Positions 50,225 to 59,146 of a stretch of DNA of 63,943 nucleotides are shown here, one piece after another. Position 1 is the first letter of the stretch, and each line of letters starts with the position of its first letter. The notes beneath the pieces were generated by a model. That model was not told the DNA's origin. It did no database searches and worked only from the letters and a program-made list of their open reading frames with translations. The stretch is from Candidatus Avilachnospira sp. (GTDB taxonomy: Bacteria; Bacillota; Clostridia; Oscillospirales; Oscillospiraceae), in NCBI GenBank assembly GCA_045530865.1, contig JAZSCX010000107.1:1-63943 (forward strand), read 5' to 3'. The position numbers were made by a program, and so were the translations under genes.

Positions 50225-53200
50225 ATGAGCATGAATAGCGAAACCCTGATCCGGGAATTCCGGGATCCTTCCGGCGACTATACGCCGCTGCTCATGTGGT
50301 TCTGGAGCGATGTAATCACAAAAGAGCAGATCACCTTCCAGATGGAGTAGATGCGGGAGCAGAATATCACGAACTTCTTCGTCCATCCCTCCGGCGGCAT
50401 CTGCACGGAGTATCTATCTGAGGAATATAAAGATCTGATTCGATATGTGGTCTCCGAGGCCAAGCGTCTGGGTATGTACTACTGGATCTACGATGAATTT
50501 GACTGGCCCTCCGGTATTGCCGGCGGTGAGCTCTGCCGCCGCTATCCCCAGTACCGGAAAAAGCAGCTGCAGGTTTTTGACCAGAACCTGCATATTGCCG
50601 GCGAGCTGGTCAAGCTGTCCTGCCGCGGCGAATTTGTCAGCGCCCAGCTGGTTACGGAGAAGAACGGTCTTGCCTTCGCTGTGGATATTACCGATGAGTG
50701 CCGACTGGAGCACCACGGCGAGTATACAGAGCTGACCTATCTGTATGACGAGTGCAACATTCCCGGCCGTGCTCTGTTCTATTTCAGCGCGGTGGATATG
50801 GAAGTCCGGCCCTGCGGCGATGCCCGTGAAGGTGCTGAGCGTGTGCCCGGCTATGTGGATATGCTCAGCAGAGAAGCTGTGGGCAAGTTCATTGAGCTGA
50901 CCCATGAGTGGTACAAGGATGCCATCGGTGAAGAGTTCGGCAAGACTGTCCGCGGCGTGTTCACCGATGAACCCACGCCCAATATCACCTATTTCTATAC
51001 GGCCATTGGCATCTGGAACGATGATTTCCCTGCGGAATTTGAAAAGGATCACGGCTATTCCATCCTGCCGTGGCTCTATACCCTGTGGGGCTTCGAGGCA
51101 AAGAGACCGGAGGAAATCCGTGCCCAGAGCGACTACCGCGCTACCGTCAAGCGCCTGTATTTCAATGCCTTTATGACGCAGATTCACGACTGGTGCAAGG
51201 CCAATGCCCTGATCTACACCGGCCACTTCGGCGGCGAAGAAAACATGATGAACAATGTGGCACAGGGCGATATGCTGGAAGAACTGATGCTGTTCGATAT
51301 GCCCGGCGCCGATTCCATTCTCTCCACCGAACGGATCAACACGCCCGAATTTGATATTGCAGGCAAGCTGGCTGCCTCTGCCGCCAAGTTCATCGGCTCT
51401 GACCGCGTCCTCTGTGAAACCTTCACCGGTTCCGGCTGGCGTTTGCGCTTCCCCATGATGCGCCGCATTGCCAACCGACTGATGGTTCTGGGTATCAACT
51501 GGATCCAGTATATGGGCGCCTTCTATAACATGGGCGGCGCGTCCAAGAACTTCCCCGGCGGCTATGCTCCCAGTCACAACTATAACAACACCATGTTCCG
51601 CCATTATCACGATATGAACAAGTACATTGCCGGATTCCAGGCCCTGTCTGCGGCCACCAAGCCCGACAGCAATGTGCTGCTGTTTCTGCCCCTGCAGCAG
51701 ACTATCCACGACCGCCATAACTGGATCAACGGTAAGTGGAGCGAGGCGGATGCCTTTGCCAGTTTTTTTGAGCGTTCCTTTATCAGCACCATCAATGCTC
51801 TTATCTATGAGGGTGTGGCGCTGGATCTGTTCTCCGAAAACCTGACCGATGCCGTCACTGTTCATGAGGGCTTCGTGGAAGCTTACGGCTACCGCTATGA
51901 TACGCTGGTGTTTCCCCGGATGCACTATGTCAACAGCAAGACCAGAGCGTTCATTGAAAATCTGAAAGCACACAATGTCCGGATGGTCTTTACCTATGAA
52001 CTGCCCGGTGTGGATACGGGTACGGGCCTGCCCTTTGATCCCGGCTTCCGTATGGAGGTTTACAACGCCGCCGCCTGCGTGCAGCGGGACGGCAATGCAT
52101 GGTTCATTGCAATAGACGATCCCGACAAGCTGGATGTCTACCGCAGCGCAGTCCGTGAGGTCATCGGCGCGCGGATCCTGAATATCGAAGCCGACAAGGG
52201 CGTGTACATCAGCAAGCGCAGCAACGAAGAGACCGAGGTCTATTTCCTCTGCAACGACAATCTGGCAGAATCCACTGCCATCATCGACGCCCTGCCCGGT
52301 ATGCAGATCCTTGGTGCCGATACGGAGCAGGTGCCTGTTTATACCGTGAAGGACGACCGTATCCGCGTGACCTTGCGGGGCTATGAAATGCTGGCGATCC
52401 TGCGGGACAAGAACGGTACGGAGCTGCCGGAGAGCACACCTGCCGCCCAGCCTGAAAAGTCCAATGTGGTACTGGAAGCGCCCTATGCTTTCACCGCTGC
52501 AGAGGGAAACTTCCTGCCCGTGAACTACGAAATGTATGATTCCGATACGGTTCTGTGGGATTCCTGCCGGTATATGTACTACTCCGACAAGATCCATCTG
52601 CGTACCGGCGAACAGTACAAGCTGCGCGCCAAGGTGCAGATCGATGCGGTGCCGGAAAAGCTGTTCCTCAACACGGAGATCCGCCGTGTCAGCCGCATTT
52701 CCGTCAACGGCACGGATCTGGAGCTGTGCGTCAACTGCAAGCGTTTCACCCCTGCCGATTTTACAGCGGAGATCACCGCACTGGTTCACGAGGGCGAAAA
52801 CATCATCGAGCTGGATGGCTGGATGCAGGACTTCGCCAAGTTCTCCAGGCCCCCTTACCTCTATCTGTCCGGCAGCTTCCTGCTGGATACAGACGATCAC
52901 ATTTTGGCTGCAGAGCAGACCATTTCCGCCATCGGCTGGGAAAAGGCCGGTTATCCTTATTACTGCGGCGATGGCATCTACAAGACTGCCGTTACCGTGG
53001 ATGGCAGTTGGGAAAAGGCTGTGCTGACCGTGCCCACCGAGGATGTGGCCATGATCTGGGTCAACGGCGAGTATGTGGGCAAGAAGCTGTGGCTGTATCG
53101 CGAAATGGATGTGACCGAGTTCCTGAAGCCCGGTGAAAATACCATCGAGATTCGTACTACCTCCACCCGCTCCAATATGTTCCGGTGCGATGCGGAGGGC

Positions 53201-53290
53201 TTCGATGCAAGTATTTTCTTCGCCCATTTTGCTGCGGAGCAGACGGAAAACGGCCTGCTGGCTCCCATGGAACTGCATTTCTATCATTAA
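50225..53290 (+). pseudogene. GH106-like glycoside hydrolase paralogue interrupted by one in-frame TAG at codon 42
   Basis: RBS AAGGAGA precedes the ATG at 50225. MSMNSETLIREFRDPSGDYTPLLMWFWSDVITKEQITFQME-TAG(50348-50350)-MREQNITNFFVHP aligns colinearly with the N-terminus of the 42572-45610 protein, with Lys in the paralogue at the stop position. Confidence 0.8.
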
Positions 53291-53315
53291 ACCCAAATAA
53301 AAAGGAGTGCTTGCT

Positions 53316-54005
53316 ATGCATATCAAGGAAAAGCTGAACATGACCAAGGAGCAGCTGATCGAAAACGGCCCCATTACCATCGTGGCCCTTGGCGACAGCG
53401 TGACTCATGGCGTGCTCATGGGCGAGATCAACTTTGAAACCGTGTACTGGAATCGGCTGAGAAAGAGAATCGTCGCCCTCAATGCACCGAATCCCTATGT
53501 GCCCATCAATGTGATCAACGCCGGTATCGAGGGAACCACGGCGAAGATCGCCGTCAAGCGGCTGGATAAGCAGGTGCTGGCCCACAATCCGGATCTGGTC
53601 ACTGTATGCTTCGGTCTCAATGACTGCGGCGGCCCGCTGGAGGATTATGTGGAATCCCTGCGCACCATTTTTGAACGCTGCCGCGCCCATGGCGCTGACG
53701 TCATCTTCCTGACGCCCAATATGCTGTGCACCTATGTGTCGGATGACTGCCCCGGCTTCCTGCGGGAAATGGCTGCAGGCTGTGCCGATGCTCAGAACAA
53801 CGGCAGAATGGACCGCTACATCGATGCGGCCAGAACCATGGCAAAGGAGATGGGCGTCCCTGTCTGCGACTGCTATGCCAAGTGGAGGGAAATGAGCAAG
53901 ACTGTGGATACCACCATGCTGCTTTCCAACCGCGTCAACCACCCCACTGCTGAGATGCATCAGCTGTTCTCTGACAGCCTGTTTCAGATGATTTTTGAGG
54001 ATTAA
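53316..54005 (+). CDS. SGNH/GDSL-family esterase
   Basis: IVALGDSVTHG is block I, GLNDCG is block III and NHPT is near the C-terminus. RBS AAAGGAG. Confidence 0.8.
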   Translation: MHIKEKLNMTKEQLIENGPITIVALGDSVTHGVLMGEINFETVYWNRLRKRIVALNAPNPYVPINVINAGIEGTTAKIAVKRLDKQVLAHNPDLVTVCFGLNDCGGPLEDYVESLRTIFERCRAHGADVIFLTPNMLCTYVSDDCPGFLREMAAGCADAQNNGRMDRYIDAARTMAKEMGVPVCDCYAKWREMSKTVDTTMLLSNRVNHPTAEMHQLFSDSLFQMIFED

Positions 54006-54015
54006 GACAATGAAC

Positions 54016-54051
54016 GAACCCCGGAGCATATGTGCTCCGGGGTTCCTTTTT
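54016..54051. terminator. bidirectional terminator
   Basis: GAACCCCGGAGCA-TATG-TGCTCCGGGGTTC followed by CTTTTT. Confidence 0.8.
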
Positions 54052-54056
54052 GCATA

Positions 54057-55106
54057 TCAGGCATCAAACTGGTTGTCGGGCATCAGCAGAACCTTATAGG
54101 CTGCTTTTGCCAGAACCAGATCCAGACCGGACTGCCAGTCATCCAAAGAGAAGGTCTTGGTGACAAAGGGAGCCATGGTGACCTTCTTTTCGCCCAGCAG
54201 CTTCATGCTGATCTCCCATGCACTGACAGTAGAGGAGTTGGAGGGCACATAGTTGACCTCCCGGTCAAAGATGTAGTCCAGACGGAAGGGGACCTTGCCG
54301 CCGAACAGACCCACCTGAATGTGGGTGCCCAGCTGCCGGATGACCTTCATGCAGGTCTCCAGAGAGGGGGTCACGCCGGTGCAGTCCACGGTAATGTCGG
54401 CACCCTTGGGGTTGCGGGCATAGACCTTCTGCTGCAGCTCTTCGAAGCTGGTGGCGTAGTCGTCCGCACCGAGGGAGACCGCCAGTTCCAGCTTTTCCTT
54501 GTCCACAGGCAGGCCGGAAACGATGACATACGCATCCAGCGTCTTGAACATCTGGGCTGCAAACTGACCCATGATGCCGGGGCCGCTGATGACGACCACA
54601 TCGCCGGGCTTCACATCGCACTTCTCATAGGCGGCGTGTGCCATGCAGGCCAGCGGCTCACTGAGAGCGAAAACAGCCTTTTCTTCCAGCGTTTCGGCAG
54701 TATTGGGAACCTTGAAGCTGTACTTGGCGGGAACAACCACGTAGTTTGCCATGGCGCCGTCTCGGTGAGAACCGATGGACTTGCGCTCCTTGCACAGGGT
54801 CACAAAGCCCTGCTGGCACAGCCAGCATTCGCCGCAGCTGTAGCAGGCGGGCAGCGTGGTGACCCAGTCGCCAACCTGAAAATCGCCCACATCGCCGCAG
54901 GTCTCCACGACCTGACCGACATATTCGTGACCCAGTGCCACAGGCATGGTCACAGAGTGCTGATCGTGGATGGCATGGACGTCACTGTTGCAGATACCGG
55001 CGGCCAGAACCTTGACCTTCAGCTCGCCTTCCTTGGGGGTAGGCTCCGGCAGCTCCTGCAGGGCGACACCCTCCATGCCGAGGGCGAATTTTACCAATGC
55101 TTTCAT
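54057..55106 (-). CDS. zinc-dependent medium-chain alcohol/polyol dehydrogenase (sorbitol/L-iditol dehydrogenase-like)
   Basis: GICNSDVH, GHEYVGQV and the structural Zn site CYSCGECWLCQQG are present. The ATG overlaps the aldolase stop (ATGA). RBS AGGAGGAA. Confidence 0.85.
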   Translation of the reverse strand: MKALVKFALGMEGVALQELPEPTPKEGELKVKVLAAGICNSDVHAIHDQHSVTMPVALGHEYVGQVVETCGDVGDFQVGDWVTTLPACYSCGECWLCQQGFVTLCKERKSIGSHRDGAMANYVVVPAKYSFKVPNTAETLEEKAVFALSEPLACMAHAAYEKCDVKPGDVVVISGPGIMGQFAAQMFKTLDAYVIVSGLPVDKEKLELAVSLGADDYATSFEELQQKVYARNPKGADITVDCTGVTPSLETCMKVIRQLGTHIQVGLFGGKVPFRLDYIFDREVNYVPSNSSTVSAWEISMKLLGEKKVTMAPFVTKTFSLDDWQSGLDLVLAKAAYKVLLMPDNQFDA

Positions 55107-55936
55107 GTTGTTTCCTCCTGTTGAGAGACTAATTGGATTTTTTCTGCTGCTTTTTCGGCAACGGCGTCCATGGACGGAACGAACAGCTTCAGCCGGTCGA
55201 ATTCCGTGGGGCGATCTGCCATGGTTTGACGGAGGGTGTTGCCGAAGGCCATGCGCAGGGTAGTGCCGAAGTTGATTTTGTTCACACCGGCTTTGCAAAG
55301 CTGGACAATATCCGGATCGGTGACACCGGACGAGCCGTGAATGACCAGCGGTACGGACAACACCTGTCGCAGCTGCTGTAGAAGCGCAAAATCCAGCTTT
55401 GCGGCCTGCTGCTGCATCCGGTGGACAGTACCGACGGCCACGGCTAGGGCATCGGGCTGCACTGTTTCGGCAAAACGAACGGCCTGCTCCGGATCGGTAT
55501 AGACAGCTTTTGCGGTCACAGCCGGATCGGCATAGCCGACAGAGCCGATTTCCGCTTCCACGCTGACGCCGGCGGGACGGGCAAGCTCCACCACGGCTGC
55601 GGAACGGGCGATATTTTCTTCCAGCGGAAGCTGGGAGCCGTCAAACATGACGGAGGTGTAGCCTGCGTCAACGGCGCGGGCAATGTCCTGCAGACTGGTG
55701 CTGTGATCCAGATGCACACAGACCGGCACGGCTGCGGATTTTGCCATGGTGACCAGCATGGACCCGATAACTTCAATGGGGATGAAGTCCACAGCGGGTT
55801 TGTTGGTCATGAGGATCACCGGTTGACCGAATTGTTCCGCGGTCCGGAGAACTGCGGCGGTATCTTCGTAGCCAAACACATTGAAAGCGGCAACGGTTCC
55901 GCGCAGTTTCAGAATTTCTTTCAAGGTTACCAGCAT
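55103..55936 (-). CDS. class II fructose/tagatose-bisphosphate-type aldolase (IolJ/KbaY-like)
   Basis: FNVFGYED, VHLDHS, MFDGS, EAEIGSVG and IHGSSG are present. Confidence 0.8.
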   Translation of the reverse strand: MLVTLKEILKLRGTVAAFNVFGYEDTAAVLRTAEQFGQPVILMTNKPAVDFIPIEVIGSMLVTMAKSAAVPVCVHLDHSTSLQDIARAVDAGYTSVMFDGSQLPLEENIARSAAVVELARPAGVSVEAEIGSVGYADPAVTAKAVYTDPEQAVRFAETVQPDALAVAVGTVHRMQQQAAKLDFALLQQLRQVLSVPLVIHGSSGVTDPDIVQLCKAGVNKINFGTTLRMAFGNTLRQTMADRPTEFDRLKLFVPSMDAVAEKAAEKIQLVSQQEETT

Positions 55937-55939
55937 GGC

Positions 55940-56932
55940 TTATTCCTCAAAAATGACGGTTTCACCCTGTGCATGGCGGCTTTCGATAAAGGCCGTCAGC
56001 GCGGCTTCATCGGACAGGGCATCGGAGCAGTTGTCGGCAGACACCGCAAGAGATGCGCTGGCGGTACCCCATTCCGCACAGACGGGAATGGGATGCCCCT
56101 TCAGCATGGCTGCCACAAAGGCGCTGGAATAGGCGTCGCCGCCGCCGGTGGCCTTCAGGAAATTGATCTTAAAGGGGTGCACCCGGTAGGTTTTGCCGTC
56201 CTTGCAGTAGACATAGGAGCCTTTGCTGCCGTGCTTGATGATCAGCAGTTCGGCGTGCTCTCCAAACCAACGATCCGCAGTCATGCGGTCGTCTGCTTCC
56301 GGAAGATACATGGCGTCGGTCAGATTGAATTCCTCTCTGGAACCCATGATCAGGAATGCTTCACGGGCTGCCATGGTGTAGTACAGGGAGATTTCATCCT
56401 TGCTTTTCCAGACCTGCGGGCGATAGTCAATGTCGAAAATGATCTTCGTACCGACCTTCTTCGCCAGCAAAATGGCTTTCAGCGCAGCCTCTCTGGAAGG
56501 AGAGGCAGACAGTGCTGTGCCGGAGACCAGCAGATATTTGGAAGAAGCGATGTAGGCTTCGTCAATGTCGTCCATAGACAGCTGGAGATCGGCGCATTGC
56601 TCACTGCGGTGCATCATCAGATTGGTTTTGCCATCGGGCAGGATCTCCACGAAAGATAACCCGAGAGGTGCATCGGCTTTTGCAACATGGGAGGTGTCGA
56701 CGCCGAGGCGCTCCATATACTGCAGGACATAGTCACCCAGGCCATCGTTGGAAACGCAGCTGAAAAAGCCGACCTTGCAGCCCATCTTGGCAAGACCCAC
56801 AGCGGTGTTGGCAGCGGAGCCGCCGACAAACTTATGGAAATTTTCCGTATCGGCAAAGGATTTTCCGAAGTCGGCAGGATTGAAGTCCAGCGCAATTCTG
56901 CCCAGCAAAATCACGTCCAAATTCTTATTCAT
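55940..56932 (-). CDS. iolC: PfkB-family sugar kinase, 5-dehydro-2-deoxygluconokinase (IolC)-like
   Basis: ILLGRIALDFNP...FHKFVGGSAANTAVGLAKMG...LLVSGTALSASPSREA...DIDYRPQVW closely follows the IolC pattern as I remember it from Bacillus. Confidence 0.65.
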   Translation of the reverse strand: MNKNLDVILLGRIALDFNPADFGKSFADTENFHKFVGGSAANTAVGLAKMGCKVGFFSCVSNDGLGDYVLQYMERLGVDTSHVAKADAPLGLSFVEILPDGKTNLMMHRSEQCADLQLSMDDIDEAYIASSKYLLVSGTALSASPSREAALKAILLAKKVGTKIIFDIDYRPQVWKSKDEISLYYTMAAREAFLIMGSREEFNLTDAMYLPEADDRMTADRWFGEHAELLIIKHGSKGSYVYCKDGKTYRVHPFKINFLKATGGGDAYSSAFVAAMLKGHPIPVCAEWGTASASLAVSADNCSDALSDEAALTAFIESRHAQGETVIFEE

Positions 56933-56942
56933 AATAACCTCC

Positions 56943-57992
56943 TTAGAACCAGCGGGACTTGTCGGGAGCCTTCTGATAGGTTTCCAGCGGCACCCAGCCG
57001 GTCCACAGGAACTGGGACAGGGTTTTCTGGGTCACGCCGAAGGTCAGGAATTCCTCGGGCTTCAGAGCGCCTTCTTCGTAGGCGCGGACAAATTCGGGAT
57101 GCTTGTACAGAGCGGCGATCACATCGGCGGGAATTTCGTCGTCAATGTGGCATACACGCTCGGGATCGGCTTCCACGGCCATCTGCTGGATTCTGGCCTG
57201 CAGGGAGAAGGTCATATCGGCGCCGGCCATGGAGGTCAGGTGATGGACGCCGCGCAGACCGGCAGGCATGACCACGGCGGGAATGCCGCGCTCCTTGAAC
57301 AGGTTGTAGACCTTCTTGCAGATGGCGTTGCCGGCATTGCGGATGATATCGGGATCCAGATCCAGCTTGGAATCCTTGGCGGTTTCCAGCAGGTATTCAT
57401 CCAGACGGCCGCCCTGCTGCACCACAAAAATGGGCTTGGGACGGATACCGGCAGCGATGGCCTAGGCGCGGCCCTTCATGTAGGCTTCGGCAACAGCCAT
57501 GGCCTGGGACACGGAGAAGTTCAGCGTGGTGCAGACGGCGATGCCGCGGGAAGCAAGCTCCTCCACCAGAGGCAGAGCGGACATGATGGAAGGGGTCTTG
57601 ACGGAGATGTTGTCCGCCCAGGAGGCATAGCGCAGACCCTGTGCCAGCATTTTTTCCGCATCGTTGCAGATGTTGGGGTCCAGCTGACCCAACGCATAGC
57701 CGTGCTGGCCTTCTGTTTCCTCAGATACCTTGCGGAACTTGTTGGCGGCATAGGTGGCAACCATCTGCAGCAGAGCCTCGGCATGCTCGGAGGGGGTCAG
57801 ATTCTTTGGAATCTGATCCACCATGGGCTGTCAGAATTCAGGCACAGCTTGCAGGGTCTTGTAGGTCAGAACAGGGTTGGTGGTCACGCCCAACGCACCG
57901 TTTTCGATGGCGGCATCGATCTCGGCGGGGATGGCAGAATCGTGCCAGAACTTGGTGGGCGTCTGCGAAGTCAGCCACTGTAAGTAGTTCAT
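56943..57992 (-). pseudogene. transaldolase-family gene with two in-frame stops (TGA 57831-57833, TAG 57462-57464)
   Basis: MNYLQWLTSQ...GVTTNPVLTYKTLQAVPEF-TGA-QPMVDQIPK...ISVKTPS...AYMKGRA-TAG-AIAAGIRPKP...SRWF is a single frame. It aligns along its whole length with the adjacent intact paralogue, which has Trp at the TGA position. RBS AAGAGG. Confidence 0.8.
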
Positions 57993-58005
57993 AGTCAAAC
58001 CTCTT

Positions 58006-59031
58006 TTACAGGGGGAATTCGGCGATCATGCTCCAGCCTGCTTCCACAAACTGGGACAGGGTGCGCTGGGAAGCGCCAAAGCGGATGAATTCAGCCTCGG
58101 GCATGACTTCCACGTTGTAAGCGCGGACGAATTCGGGGATGGTGTTCAGACGCTCGATGGTCTCAGCGTCCACGGGCTCTTCGAAATGCTCCACGAACTC
58201 GGTTTCCTTGCCCAGAGCGGTCAGGATGCCGGCGGACAGGGAGAAGCTCATGTCGGAGCCAGCCAGAGCAACAGCATGGTAACCGCCGCGCATACCGGCG
58301 GGCATCAGCTTGGCTTCGTAGCCGCGCTCCTTGCAGATGGCATAAGCCTTCTTGATGGCAGCGGTACCGGCCTGAATGATGTCGGCCTCGGGAACGTCGG
58401 ATTCCATATCGAACTTCACATCGCGCAGATAGTCGTCCAGACGGCCGACCATGATGACGGAGAAAGCCTTGCCGGGCTTCTTGCCGGCGGCGCGGCAGCG
58501 ATCCAGACCGCGCTGCTGAGCGGCGGCGATGGCCACGCACTGGGGAGTGGTGAAGCTGACGGTGCCCACGGTGGTGATGCCTTCGGCGGCCAGCTCTTCA
58601 ATGGCGCGCAGACCGGCGGCGGTAGCGGGAACCTTAACGGCAATGTTGGGAGCCCAGGAGGCCAGACGACGGCCCATTTCCACCATGGCGGCGGTGTCGC
58701 CCTGCTTCTTGGGGTTGACCTGTGCGCAGACATAGCCCTGCACGCCTTCGGTGGCCTCGTAGATGGGCTGGAACTTCTTGGCGACCTCAACGGTCACGCA
58801 GCGCAGGATCTCTTCTGCCTTGGCATCGCCCTTCAGACCTTCGGCGGACTTCAGATAGGGACGCCAGAAATCGGGATGGGCATACAGGGACTTCTTGATC
58901 AGAATGGGGTTGGTGGTAACACCGGTGGCGCCGTTTTCAATGGCCTCGTCCATGGTGTCGATCTCGGCGGTATCCGTCCACCAGTAGCCTGCAGATTCGC
59001 TGAGCTTCTTCAGATATTGATTGGTAACCAT
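58006..59031 (-). CDS. transaldolase-family protein (341 aa)
   Basis: GVTTNPILI and the Schiff-base Lys context NIAVKVPATAAG are present. Confidence 0.8.
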   Translation of the reverse strand: MVTNQYLKKLSESAGYWWTDTAEIDTMDEAIENGATGVTTNPILIKKSLYAHPDFWRPYLKSAEGLKGDAKAEEILRCVTVEVAKKFQPIYEATEGVQGYVCAQVNPKKQGDTAAMVEMGRRLASWAPNIAVKVPATAAGLRAIEELAAEGITTVGTVSFTTPQCVAIAAAQQRGLDRCRAAGKKPGKAFSVIMVGRLDDYLRDVKFDMESDVPEADIIQAGTAAIKKAYAICKERGYEAKLMPAGMRGGYHAVALAGSDMSFSLSAGILTALGKETEFVEHFEEPVDAETIERLNTIPEFVRAYNVEVMPEAEFIRFGASQRTLSQFVEAGWSMIAEFPL

Positions 59032-59058
59032 TTATGTTTGCTCCTTTCAAACGCATGG

Positions 59059-59112
59059 GAGAGGTGGACGCAGAACAACCGTAAAAACAGGATGGATCTG
59101 CGCACACCTCTC
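59059..59112 (-). other. 16-bp intercistronic stem-loop between iolA and the transaldolase gene
   Basis: The minus strand reads GAGAGGTGTGCGCAGA, a 22-nt loop, then TCTGCGTCCACCTCTC (one mismatch, one G-U pair). There is no trailing U-run. Confidence 0.45.
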
Positions 59113-59146
59113 AGATTATGTTAACTTACAGACAGAAATCTGCGGT

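Noticed and set aside
24461-57833. Stop-codon reassignment, selenocysteine or pyrrolysine as an explanation for the in-frame TAG/TGA codons.
   Set aside because: TGA, TAG and TAA all terminate well-defined genes in this window. The TGA aligns with Trp, not Cys/Sec, in the paralogue. No SECIS-like hairpin or pyl/sel genes are visible here. This is kept only as an item to check genome-wide.
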